This document shows positions 8,886 to 18,557 of a stretch of 64,000 nt of DNA, piece after piece (position 1 is the stretch's first letter; each line of letters begins with the position of its first letter). The position numbers and the translations under genes are program-made. Below the pieces are notes generated by a model. It did not search any database. It was not told where the DNA came from and saw only the letters and a program-made list of their open reading frames with translations. The DNA comes from Candidatus Eiseniibacteriota bacterium (lineage in GTDB: Bacteria; Eisenbacteria; RBG-16-71-46), in contig CAVUWA010000002.1 in NCBI GenBank assembly GCA_963744995.1, positions 832,001 through 896,000 on the forward strand, written 5' to 3'.

Positions 8886-11700
8886 TCAGGCGTTCGTCGA
8901 ATCTCGGCGCCGCGTCCACCAGACGATCATGAAGATCGGCAGCCGCCAGGGCCACGACCCACAGCGCGAGGGCGGCGGGAGTCGGTCCGCGCTCGCGAAG
9001 CCGGAGCGTGGTTCCGGGCTCTCCCGTCAGGACGAAGCCCGCCCAGTAGTACGGATCACCGTGTGACGATGAGGCCGTGTGCACCTGAGCGGCAAGCAGC
9101 GCGGCGGACGCCGTCGAGCCGTGCGCCAGCTCACGGTAGAACACTTTCATGAAGTCCATCGTTGCACGATCGTCGACCTTCCACTGGGTCGCGACGACGG
9201 TGGGTACTCCGGCGCTGAGAAAGGCAGTCGACATGCCGACCAGCCCTTCGCCGGAGAGAATCGCGCCCCATGCGGTCTCACAGGCCGACAGCACGGCGAT
9301 CTTCGCCGGCAGGTGCATCCCAACGATCTCGCCGGCCCGCACGTAGCCATCGTCGCGCGCCGCGTCAGCAGGTCCGAGCAGAATCCCCGATTGCCACGGC
9401 AACAGATCGTTGGACTCCGCGTGCGCCGCGAAGTGGAGTCCCGCGTAATCGGCGAATTCGACCGAGTCGTCCTGCACGGTCGCTTCCACCCTCGCCGTCA
9501 CCGGTGCGAACGAGCGGGCCAGCCAGCGGACCTCGTCACGCGCTCCCGGCAGGGGGCCCGACCCATCGGGCGCGGGCCCGCTTTCGGCAAGCAGGCCGTG
9601 CCGCTCCGGCGCCTGCGTTCGACCGCGCGCGCGCAGCAGCAGGGTCGCTGACGGCGTGGACACGACCTCGGGCACGACGTTCGAATGACCTGCGAACACC
9701 GACTTGCGAAGCACGAAGGCCATCGGCAACTGGTAGAGGGGCCCGTCCGGAGACACGATCACGCGGCGGGCACTCCGTAGGCGTTCCGCAAATGGACCGA
9801 ACATGCGCTGTCCCATGGACCGCGCCGCCGCCGACAGCGTCTGCGCGCGGCCGTCGTCCTGGCCATCCGGGCGCTGCGCGATGAAACGGCGGAGTTCCCG
9901 CGCCTGCTGCTTCAGCGAGTCGGCATCGACGCCGAGTGGAAAGATCCCCACGTCGTCCTTCGTGAACACGAAGACGACCGACGTGTCCTCGGTGACCGTC
10001 CACTGCAGGAAGACTTCGCCCGGCTCGAGACGTGCCTGCAGGTCCGCGGCCGTGGCGAAAGCGGCCGAGTCCGAGTCGACCTCTTCGCGCCCCGCGATGC
10101 GTTCGAGCAGCGTGCGCGATCGCAGCGGCTCGGTGCGGTCGAAGGCCGCCATGATCGCCTCGCGGTCGGCGGAGTCGCGGAGCTGCACGCGCAATTCGGC
10201 CGAAGCGATGGCGGCGCCTTCGTTCGCGATGCGCTCACGCCACTCGTCGTCGTCCAGCTCGCGCCGGTTCCGGAAGTAGGATGCCTTCGCCCGGGCGATG
10301 CACGAGTTCGCGCTGTCGATCATGGCGGTGCGGGCGTAGAGGCCGGCCAGATCCGCCATGATCGAGGTCTCGTAGATCGTGGGTTCCCCCGATTTGAACC
10401 GGTATCGGATGCCTTCGAGCGCGGCGATCGCCCGGTCCAGCCGGCCCGCGCGGCGTTCCGCCTGGCTGATGACGTTCGCACTGCGAATCTCCCAGAGGAC
10501 GCCCATGTGCCCGGCCGGCACCACGGTCTCCCGGGCCAGCGCGAGCGACGTCCTCAGACTGTCGAGCTTCAGAAGCTCATTGCACAGATTCAACTTGGCG
10601 TCGAGATAGGTGCCCAGGCCGATCGAATCGCCCATGGCGACGATGGCGCGCGTGCATCGAGAAGCCGCCAGCCAGTCTCCCATGTTCGCGTAGGCCAGTG
10701 CGAGCACCGAGAGCGCACGCGAACGGAGTCCCAGCGATTGCGTCTCGGTCCCCAGCACGAGGAGAGATTCCGATTCGGCGATGGCCTCCGCGTTCCGTCC
10801 CATGAGCGTCATGATGTAGCTCGTACCCTGCAGCGCGAATCCGCGGCTCCTGACATCGCCGGCGCGGTGGGCGGCCGCCTTCATCTCGACGGCCGCCTCG
10901 AGCGCGCGGTCGTATCGGCCGGCGCCCCGTTCCAGCGTGCTCAGGTTGCCGAGCAGGGCGACGAGCAGGTCGTCGCGATGGATGCGGCGCGCCAGCTCGA
11001 TGCCGCGACGGTAGTGGGCGCGGGCCGCCGGGATATCGCTCGCGAGCATGCCCGTGATACCGAGCAGCGTTTCCGAGGTCACGACGCGATCCCGCTTGCC
11101 GAGATGCTCGAATACGGCGCGGGCGCGTTCGGCTACGGGACCCGCCTGTGCCCCGCGACCGGAATGGATCCACCGCGTCGCGATGAAATTGTCGGCGAGC
11201 GCCGCTTCGAGGGTGCCCTGATGCGCATCGCTCAGCTCGAGCAGCCGAACCAGCACCTTCTCCAGGTCGGCCCGCCGGCCCTCGCTCCGGTACAGCCCGC
11301 CGAGCTGGACGAGAAACTGCATCTCGGCGAGCGAATCGCCCCGCGAGCGGGACAGATCGAGGCCGCGCTGGATGGTCGCGAGCTCCGTTTCGCCCCTGCC
11401 GGCCAGCAGATAGGCGCGCGCGTGGAGAAGCGGCACACGTGCCGCGTCATCCGCCGCCGCATCGGCCTCCTGCATCAGGGACTCCGAGACCGACCACAGG
11501 GAGTCGCGCAGAGCGTGATCGCGGTGGAGGGTGTCGACGGCCGCGTCGAAGGCGCGAACGCGATCGAGAAGCGGCGTGGCAGGGGAGTCCGTGGCGCGCC
11601 CCGCAGGTTGCGCCGCGGCAGGCAGGGCCAGTGACAGCAGGGCAGGCACGCCGAGGATGGCGCACAACAGATGAAGCCGAAGACGCATGAGCATGCGCAC
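8886..11700 (-). CDS. Exported TPR-CHAT (caspase-like, clan CD) protease with a C-terminal TM anchor; 1-nt frameshift near 8937-8946
   Basis: Signal peptide (..LLSLALPAAA|QP), TPR-like repeats, SPDGPLYQLP, LHFAAH (His), VLSACET (Cys), WKVDD, PYYWAGF. As sequenced the frame runs to 8698; the shifted frame ends IFMIVWWTRRRDSTNA* at 8886. Start GTG 11700 (SD GGAGG) or ATG 11694. Confidence 0.82.
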
Positions 11701-11761
11701 GGAACGACCCTCCAAAGGGGGGGCGAGGCAAGCCCGAAGGGAGTCCTGCGTGTATTACAGA

Positions 11762-11854
11762 GCACCGTGGATCGGTACGCAACCCACGGTGCGGAATTCG
11801 TGCAGCGTGAAACGTTCGGTTCCGGATTCGGCGATCGTGCCGGCCGGTACGATC
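11762..11854. repeat. Two inverted repeats between pilQ and the CHAT gene
   Basis: GCACCGTGG(11762-11770)/CCACGGTGC(11784-11792), and a near-perfect 22-bp palindrome GATCGTGCCGGCCGGTACGATC (11833-11854) just after the pilQ stop; no U-tract. Confidence 0.45.
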
Positions 11855-11855
11855 C

Positions 11856-13130
11856 CTACTGCTGTTCCGGCATGATGCGCGGTGTCACTTCGATCACCAG
11901 ATCCGTCTTGCGCGTGGTGATGCTCTGGTGCTGGAACAGGTAACCGATCAGCGGGATCTGGCCCAGGATCGGCAGCTTGGTGACGTTGGTGGTCTTGTCC
12001 TCGGAGAGCAGCCCGCCGATGATCACCGAATTGCCGTCCTTGAGCCGCACCGTGGTGCTCGCCTGGCGCGTCGCCACGATCGGCAGGTCGCCGTTCTGCC
12101 CCGTGAAGCCGGTCACCGTGCTGACCTCGGGCTTGATCGTCGTCGTGATGTAGCCGTCGGCGTTGATCAGCGGCGTGATGTCGAGCTTGATGCCGACCTC
12201 TTCCTTCTCGATCCGTTGCGTCGGCGCCGCGCCGCCGCCGGCGAACACCGTGCTCGAGATCGTGTAGGGAATGCGCTGGCCGATCAGCATGTTGGCCGGG
12301 CGCCCGTTGAGCGTGGCGATCTTCGGCTGCGCCAGCACGCGCGCGCTGCCCTCCTGGATCAGCATGTCGAGCGCGACCTCGAACGCCTTCGCCTGGTGGC
12401 TGGTCTGATTGATGCTGTTGTGCGCCGCCTTGCCATTGACGTAGGGCAGCTGGTCGGGGAATTCGCCCGGCGCCGAAGGCGGCGGCGCACCCTCCGCGAT
12501 GATGAACGTCTGGCGGTTGAGCTTGTCCCAGTCGATGCCGAGCTCCTTGAGGTCATTGGTCGAGACTTCGACGATCCGCGCCTCGAGCATGACCTGCCTC
12601 GCCGGCACGTCCATCGCCGTGATGATCTCCTGGATCTCGGCGATCACGCGCGGGCTGGTGACCACGATCAGGCGATTGCCGCCCGTGTCCACGGAGATCT
12701 TCGCGCCAAGGTCGCCGAGCGCGTCCTTGACGTCGGCCGCGTCCGCGTACTGGAGGTCCACGACGTAGGAGGAGAGCCCGGTCTCGTCCCTCAGCGACGC
12801 CTTGTCGGCGACGAGGATCGAGTTGCCGATCCGCTCGTAGGCGAGTCCGGCCGCGCGTACGACCAGGTTCACCGCCTGCTCGATCGGCACGTCCTTCATG
12901 TGGATCGAGATCCGGCCGCCGGTGACGCCGGGCCCGGTGATGATGTTGAGGTTGCCCTTCTCCGCGAGGATCTTGAGCACGCTCGGCAGGTAGGCATCCT
13001 CGGCGTCGAGTGTGACCTTGGGCTCGCTGTCGATGTCGAGCGCATGCGCCGTGACCGGGAGCACCGCCGGGCAGGCGAGCACGACCAGCATGGCGCAAAG
13101 GTGAACGAAGCGTCGGTACTGGAATTTCAC
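11856..13130 (-). CDS. pilQ: Type IV pilus secretin, short form without AMIN domains
   Basis: Signal peptide, STN/N domains, QVMLEARIVEV, VGIKLDITPLI, LKDGNSVIIGGL, KLPILGQIPLIGYLF, LVIEVTPRI; GTG 13130 with AGGAGG. Confidence 0.92.
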   Translation of the reverse strand: MKFQYRRFVHLCAMLVVLACPAVLPVTAHALDIDSEPKVTLDAEDAYLPSVLKILAEKGNLNIITGPGVTGGRISIHMKDVPIEQAVNLVVRAAGLAYERIGNSILVADKASLRDETGLSSYVVDLQYADAADVKDALGDLGAKISVDTGGNRLIVVTSPRVIAEIQEIITAMDVPARQVMLEARIVEVSTNDLKELGIDWDKLNRQTFIIAEGAPPPSAPGEFPDQLPYVNGKAAHNSINQTSHQAKAFEVALDMLIQEGSARVLAQPKIATLNGRPANMLIGQRIPYTISSTVFAGGGAAPTQRIEKEEVGIKLDITPLINADGYITTTIKPEVSTVTGFTGQNGDLPIVATRQASTTVRLKDGNSVIIGGLLSEDKTTNVTKLPILGQIPLIGYLFQHQSITTRKTDLVIEVTPRIMPEQQ

Positions 13131-13131
13131 G

Positions 13132-13614
13132 CTATGACCCTCCTGTGGGCCGTCTGAGGACGAGCGATTCCCCGCCCTTGTCCAGTACGACCTCTTCACG
13201 TGTGATGCGAACCACCCGGTAGTCTGCGAAAAGAGAATTGTCGCGTACGGTGTAGTCGCGGCCGTCGAAGCGGACGAGCGCACGCGGATCGTTGTCGAAG
13301 ATGATGGCGGTGAGCACCGGCCTGGGCGCGGGCGCCGGCGTGCGGGGTTGGGGTCGCCTGGCGGTCGTGGCCTGCGTCGTGCGCGTCTTCTGGAAGTCGA
13401 AGGGGTCGCGCTCGGGGGCGGTGGTCTCGAGTTGCGCGCGGCGGGAGAGTTCCGTGTCGAGGCGTGCAAAAGGGGAGACCGTCTTCCGTGCCGACGATTC
13501 GTGCTTGCGCCAGGCCCCAGACCGGCGCAGGGCATCGCTCGTCTGCTGCAGCGTGAAAGCCAGCAGCAGGAACGCGGCGAGGGGCCCGATGAGGCGGCGC
13601 GGGTCGATCTTCAC
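13132..13614 (-). CDS. PilP/GspC-like pilus alignment protein
   Basis: Lies between pilO and pilQ; N-terminal TM, RDPF motif, Pro-rich linker, LTAII..PRALV beta domain. Confidence 0.7.
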   Translation of the reverse strand: MKIDPRRLIGPLAAFLLLAFTLQQTSDALRRSGAWRKHESSARKTVSPFARLDTELSRRAQLETTAPERDPFDFQKTRTTQATTARRPQPRTPAPAPRPVLTAIIFDNDPRALVRFDGRDYTVRDNSLFADYRVVRITREEVVLDKGGESLVLRRPTGGS

Positions 13615-14180
13615 GGCTTTGCCGGCGCCTGTTTGAGGACGTAGCGGCTGACGTAGAGGTCGGCGATCAGGTCGCCGCCACCGGAGGGCTGCAGAGAAAA
13701 GCGATCCACTGCGAGCAGGTGCTCGGTGGCGGCCAGATCGCCGAGAAAGCCCACGAACTCGGCGTAGGAGGCTCGCAGCCGGACGTGTGCGCGGACGATC
13801 ACCGACTGCGTCTGCTGCGTCGTCGGGGCAGGCTCGGCGACGATGACCGCCATGCGGCGCTTCGTGGCGAGCCGCGATATCGTTTCGATCAGCGACGCGC
13901 TGAGCGCGCCCGAGTCACCCGCATCCTTCGCCTTGGCCGCAGGCAGCGCGTTCTCCGCCAGCATCGCGTAGACGCGCGGCGGAATCACTTCCGGCGTTGC
14001 CATCTGGTCGAGCGAGAGTCCGGCTTCCTTCGCGTTCTGCTGGGCGCGCTGATAGCGTCGGGCCGTCGGCTGGAAGAACACGACGTGCGCGAGAAGGAAG
14101 ACGAGGAACAGGGCGACGGCCCCGGCCAGCGGCCATTGCCGCCGGAGTTCGGCCAGCCAGAGTGGATTGATCACTGGCAT
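13611..14180 (-). CDS. pilO: PilO-like inner-membrane alignment protein
   Basis: TM, coiled coil, then RASYAEFVGFLGDL..LLAVDRFSL ferredoxin-like fold; synteny. Confidence 0.75.
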   Translation of the reverse strand: MPVINPLWLAELRRQWPLAGAVALFLVFLLAHVVFFQPTARRYQRAQQNAKEAGLSLDQMATPEVIPPRVYAMLAENALPAAKAKDAGDSGALSASLIETISRLATKRRMAVIVAEPAPTTQQTQSVIVRAHVRLRASYAEFVGFLGDLAATEHLLAVDRFSLQPSGGGDLIADLYVSRYVLKQAPAKP

Positions 14181-14746
14181 TCGATCACGAACTCCGTCGT
14201 GGCGCCGCCGTCGACGATCTTGGTCGAAGCGACGCGCACGTTAGGATACTGGATCGAGAACAAGGAGTCCTCGCGCAGCGTGCCGGCAAACGCCATCACG
14301 CCGGACATCCGGTCCTGCTCCCTGGGGACGCGCAGCTGGCCGCTGATCACGAGGCGGTCCTGGCTGCGCGGGCCGGTCTGGTTGTTGGGGTTGGTCGCGA
14401 TGGAGGTCAGCCGCACGTCCGCGGGGAGCAGGGCCGCCAGCCGCATGAGCCGGTCGTGCCAGCGGCGCGGGTTGCCGACGTAGTTCTCGAGCCGGTCCAT
14501 CTCGCTGGCCGGGATCTTCCACTGCTCGCGGGTCGATTGACTCGACTTCAGCTGCGCCGTTTGCCGCTCGAGGAAGGTCACTCGCTTCGACAGCGACATG
14601 CAATTGAGGCCGTAGAGTCCCATCGCCATGGTGACCACGCCGAAATACGCCACCCAGACGCCGAGTGTCACGACGCGCCGGCGCGCGTGGGCGAGCTCCT
14701 TCTGGTGCGCTTCGCGCCGGAAGTTGATGCTGAAGAGTGCGCTCAA
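14171..14746 (-). CDS. pilN: PilN-like inner-membrane alignment protein
   Basis: N-terminal SINF (INLL-like PilM-binding motif), TM, coiled coil, LPADVRLTSI, LVISG; TTG start. Confidence 0.78.
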   Translation of the reverse strand: MSALFSINFRREAHQKELAHARRRVVTLGVWVAYFGVVTMAMGLYGLNCMSLSKRVTFLERQTAQLKSSQSTREQWKIPASEMDRLENYVGNPRRWHDRLMRLAALLPADVRLTSIATNPNNQTGPRSQDRLVISGQLRVPREQDRMSGVMAFAGTLREDSLFSIQYPNVRVASTKIVDGGATTEFVIECQ

Positions 14747-14768
14747 GAGTTCGGCTCCACCGGGGCGG

Positions 14769-15824
14769 TCATACGGTTCTCAGCGACAGGCCGAATGCCT
14801 GGGCGAAGTGCGGCGCGATCGTGGTGGCGGGCCCGCCACGTGGCGCGCCGGGAAAGTGTTCGAGCGGATTGAACAACATCACCGGGTTGCCCATGAGCTC
14901 GCTGAGCCGCGCCGCGAGTCCGGGCAGTCGCGCCGAGCCACCGGATACCCAGATCTTCAGCGGGTCCGGAAGCTCGCCCATCGTGCGATAGAACGCAAAC
15001 GATGCACGCAATTCCGCCGCCAGCTGGGTCTGCAGCGCCCGATGCACGGCCTGCATCTCGGGCGCGTCCCAGTCCACGCGAAAACCCGGCTCGTCCGCGC
15101 CCGCGGCGAGCTTCCATTCCTCGGCTTCCTCGTACGGAACCTCCGTGCCCTCGGCGATCGCCTTCGTCAGGCTGCGGCCACCGAAGTCGAGCCGGCGCAT
15201 GAAGTACGGTTCACCTTTCCGGTAGAGCGTCAGGTGCGAGGTGGCGAAGCCGATGTCGAGGAGCAGGAAGCCGTCACGGGTGTTTTCGACGCCGTGCAGC
15301 AGTCCGTTGGTCAGGGCGAGCGGCGTCGCGTCGAGGATGTCTGCTTCGAGACCGAGCAGGCGGAAAGGGGCGCAGTGCCGCTCCACATGCTCCGTGGACA
15401 CCGCCGCGAGCAGCACCTCCAGCTTCTTCTGCGTCGCGAAGCGACCGAGGATCTGGAAGTCGATGATCATGCCCTGCGGGTCGAACGGCAGGTGCTTGCG
15501 CGCCTCGAAGCGCAGCGCGGGTCCGACCTCGGAATCGTCGAGCAGCGGCATCGTGATCTGCTTGACGATGACGTCCGGTCCCGAGATGCCGGTGGTGACG
15601 CCGCGAATCGCACGCGGCGACAGTCCGGCCTGTTCCAGACAGCGCGCGACGGCGTGCGCCACCAGCTCGGGCGGATGCGGCTTGCCGTTCCCGGCCGGGG
15701 GCAGCGGCTGCTCGGCGATCCAGTAGCGCGCGCCGCCCACGCCGGGCTGCGTGGCCAGGAGCTTCACGCTGAACGTGCCGACGTCGATGCCGGCCCAGGG
15801 TCGGGTGCGGAGGCCTGCTCTCAT
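14769..15824 (-). CDS. pilM: Type IV pilus assembly protein PilM (actin-like)
   Basis: GIDVGTFSVK, FEARKHLPF, VLLAAV, LLDIG, VSGGSARLPGL, NPL, AFGLSLR. Confidence 0.93.
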   Translation of the reverse strand: MRAGLRTRPWAGIDVGTFSVKLLATQPGVGGARYWIAEQPLPPAGNGKPHPPELVAHAVARCLEQAGLSPRAIRGVTTGISGPDVIVKQITMPLLDDSEVGPALRFEARKHLPFDPQGMIIDFQILGRFATQKKLEVLLAAVSTEHVERHCAPFRLLGLEADILDATPLALTNGLLHGVENTRDGFLLLDIGFATSHLTLYRKGEPYFMRRLDFGGRSLTKAIAEGTEVPYEEAEEWKLAAGADEPGFRVDWDAPEMQAVHRALQTQLAAELRASFAFYRTMGELPDPLKIWVSGGSARLPGLAARLSELMGNPVMLFNPLEHFPGAPRGGPATTIAPHFAQAFGLSLRTV

Positions 15825-15831
15825 GAGAGGG

Positions 15832-17139
15832 TCAGCTCGGGTTGTCCGGGTCGAGTTCGCGCCACGTGCCGGGGATGGGAGTGAATGCCGACTCGCTCCC
15901 GCCGGTCAGGTTTGGCAGCGCGCCCTTTTCGGCGAGCTCGTCGATGACTGCATCCATGTCCACGGGGTGGCGGAGGACCTGCACGTTGGGCGCTTCAACC
16001 GGGCCGCCGCTCGGCCCTTCCAGGTACACGCTGCGGGCGAAGAGCGAGAGGGCTTCGGCGGTTCCCGGCCACGTCGTAATCTGGCCCCGCGAAATGACCA
16101 CCTGAGCATCCGAGACCAGAACGACCGGTACATAGTCCGAGCGGATTCCGCTGAACAGCCAGATTCCCTCGACGTATGTCGTTTCCTTCTTGTCGAAGGG
16201 TGGTGGTGGGGACCCGTTTCCGATCGGCCCGGCCACGATCACGAGTCGATCGCTGGCCGTTCCGAACACCTGGACCGGTCGATCGATCCGAATCCCCTTG
16301 GGGAGCATCCACACGCAGGTGCCGGTGACGTTGATGTCCACCGGCGTGTCGTACGGGGGGCCCGAGTGGTCGTAGAGGCTCACCTGCTCCGTTTCCGGCG
16401 TAGGCGTCAGGAAGAACGTCACGTCCCCCGAGCCGACGAGGTCGTAGACCCCGGAGCCCGTGTAGCCGATTTCGTTCGACGTGGGATGGGCGTTGATGAA
16501 CGATGTCACGTCCGGCAACGGAACACCGCCCAGGATGGGAGCAGGCGGAAGCGGAGGCCAGGCCTCCGTCTGCCAGGACGGATAGGTGTTCGTGTTCAAG
16601 CGGATTTCGCCATCGAGTTGAGTCCTCAGCGTGTCTCCCGCCTTGGTGGATTTCAAATAAACGAACGAATAGCTGTCGATCAGGTGTCTGTACAGCGCGT
16701 CGGGAACGACGGGCCAGTACTCCTTCTCCACCATGCGCCGCTCGCCGCGCTGGTCGTCCGCGAGCGCACGAATCCGGACGGGCTCTCCGTTCGTGAAGTC
16801 GATGCTGCCGGTGGAATCCGTGCCCTGCCAGGCCTGCACGAGCGTGACCTCGGGAGGGCGGGTGCTCCAGGCCAGCTGGCCGGAGCGGATGGCCTGCAGC
16901 TTTCGCTCGGAGGAGAGGATCGTCTTGGCCCATTCGATGCCGCTGGTGGCAGCGTAGAGCGTCTGGGTATCCCGGTGGGATCTCCAGAGGAACTGCGCTT
17001 CGTAGCTCGACAGGCTGAAGAGGGACAGCCCCAGAATCGTCAGTGCAAGCACGAAAATGACGACGCCGATCAGGACGAAGCCTCGGGAATCGGATGCCGG
17101 AGGATCGCCGAGATCTCGGTACGCCCGGGCGCCGGACAC
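15832..17139 (-). CDS. Large PilX/GspK-like minor pilin
   Basis: SRG|FVLIGVVIFVLALTILG class III signal lacking Glu5; YAATSGIEWA PilX N-terminal motif; ~350-aa beta-rich C-terminal region. Confidence 0.8.
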   Translation of the reverse strand: MSGARAYRDLGDPPASDSRGFVLIGVVIFVLALTILGLSLFSLSSYEAQFLWRSHRDTQTLYAATSGIEWAKTILSSERKLQAIRSGQLAWSTRPPEVTLVQAWQGTDSTGSIDFTNGEPVRIRALADDQRGERRMVEKEYWPVVPDALYRHLIDSYSFVYLKSTKAGDTLRTQLDGEIRLNTNTYPSWQTEAWPPLPPAPILGGVPLPDVTSFINAHPTSNEIGYTGSGVYDLVGSGDVTFFLTPTPETEQVSLYDHSGPPYDTPVDINVTGTCVWMLPKGIRIDRPVQVFGTASDRLVIVAGPIGNGSPPPPFDKKETTYVEGIWLFSGIRSDYVPVVLVSDAQVVISRGQITTWPGTAEALSLFARSVYLEGPSGGPVEAPNVQVLRHPVDMDAVIDELAEKGALPNLTGGSESAFTPIPGTWRELDPDNPS

Positions 17140-17627
17140 TAGTGCTTCCCTCTGTTCAGCAGGGCAAAGCTCGAGGAGAAGTCCACGGTCTGACCGGTCG
17201 CGGACACGAGCTCCAGGTGGTTCAGCGTCACCAGCGCGCTGTCGGTCTGCGGCGCGAACTCGAAGCGCCGCACTTTCGACTGGAGGATGACCTGGGGATT
17301 GTTCTCCTGCCCCCCGTACATCAGGGAGTCGTCATTCGCCCGCCACTCGAACACGTAGAACGTGGCGCCACCCGGCTTGATGAGAGAGAGCTTGTGCTCG
17401 ATGGGATCCACGACATACCAGTACGAGGCGTGGACCTTGTCCCTCATCGTCTGAAGCAGCAACGTTCCTTCCCGCTGAGTCAGCGTCTTGGTCGATCCGT
17501 CGATCCAGGTGAACTGGGACGCCAGATAGAAGCCCGAGAAGCCCAGGAGAATCACGACGGCAATCACGGATACGGCAGCCACTTCGACGAGCGTGAGCCC
17601 GTGTTCATTTCGTTTCCAGCCACTCAT
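17139..17627 (-). CDS. PilW-like minor pilin
   Basis: EHG|LTLVEVAAVSVIAVVILLG prepilin motif; ATG 17627 overlaps the upstream stop. Confidence 0.8.
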   Translation of the reverse strand: MSGWKRNEHGLTLVEVAAVSVIAVVILLGFSGFYLASQFTWIDGSTKTLTQREGTLLLQTMRDKVHASYWYVVDPIEHKLSLIKPGGATFYVFEWRANDDSLMYGGQENNPQVILQSKVRRFEFAPQTDSALVTLNHLELVSATGQTVDFSSSFALLNRGKH

Positions 17628-18025
17628 CGGTCGAAGTATCTCGTGAGGTGGATCGCATCGCCCGGCCCCGAGTCCCATTGCACGTCCACGTCCACTTGAG
17701 TGAGATGATCGAGGTGCGACGACCACGACAATGGATAGTGCGACACCTCCCAGTGCACGACCCCCCTCGACTCGCCCTCGAACACGAATGTCGTGTCGTG
17801 GGCGCCGAGGGACATGTCAGGACTGGAAGCTGGCTGAACGGACAACGTCTCCATGCGGTCTTCCGCGGCCGCGAGCGCCGCCCGGGCCACCGTGAACCGA
17901 TCGATCTGGCCCCGGCCAAGGCCGAACGAGTGCGCCAGCCCGAGGATGGCGACGGCAGCGATCATCGTGGCCGCGATGGCCTCCACGAGCGATACTCCCG
18001 CCTCCGAGGAGCGCGAATGAGTCAC
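17624..18025 (-). CDS. PilV-like minor pilin
   Basis: EAG|VSLVEAIAATMIAAVAILGL, ALAAAEDRMETL, VDVDVQW; start uncertain (GTG 18025 or TTG 18049). Confidence 0.8.
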   Translation of the reverse strand: MTHSRSSEAGVSLVEAIAATMIAAVAILGLAHSFGLGRGQIDRFTVARAALAAAEDRMETLSVQPASSPDMSLGAHDTTFVFEGESRGVVHWEVSHYPLSWSSHLDHLTQVDVDVQWDSGPGDAIHLTRYFDR

Positions 18026-18059
18026 GGGCCTGGACGAGCAGCGAATCAATTTCTTGCCC

Positions 18060-18470
18060 CTATGGATTCCAGCCGGTTCCAGTCCCGTCACGCTTGTACT
18101 CGTAGGTGACCGTGAGATCTTTCGTGGGACGGTTGGTGACCCCCGTGGCGGACACGTCGAAGCCGACATCGGTGGCGCCAGCCGCCCCCGTCGGAGTCAC
18201 CGTGAAGGTCCAGTTCGCCTTCGCCTCCTGAACGTCCACCAGCCCCGCAGCTTCGAGCGTGGCGAGATCGGCGTATTCCTGCCCGCTGTTCTTCTGAAAG
18301 TACGCCTGCTCGGCCGTGATGATCGCCCCGATGGCCCCCTTCGCCTCGGTGCGCTGCGCGTCCTTGACGTAGTTGATGTAGAGCGGTACGGCGACCGCAG
18401 CGAGAATCGCCACGATCACGATCACCACCATCAACTCCATCAGCGTGAAGCCCTTTTCCTTGTGCCACAT
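18060..18470 (-). CDS. pilA: Type IVa pilin, probable major pilin
   Basis: EKG|FTLMELMVVIVIVAILAAVAVPLY canonical motif; directly follows pilC; ATG 18470 (GGGAG upstream) or 18479. Confidence 0.88.
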   Translation of the reverse strand: MWHKEKGFTLMELMVVIVIVAILAAVAVPLYINYVKDAQRTEAKGAIGAIITAEQAYFQKNSGQEYADLATLEAAGLVDVQEAKANWTFTVTPTGAAGATDVGFDVSATGVTNRPTKDLTVTYEYKRDGTGTGWNP

Positions 18471-18557
18471 GTCTTGCATCTCCCGTCGTTTCGGCTCTCC
18501 AACCGAATCGAATGAACTCCGCTTCCAGTGCGTCCTCACGGGCGCGGCCGCCCGCAG

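Noticed and set aside
8886..11700. CHAT protease as part of a type III-E CRISPR (Craspase) or ECF-sigma module
   Set aside because: No cas genes, array, sigma factor or anti-sigma gene in the window, and the protein appears to be exported
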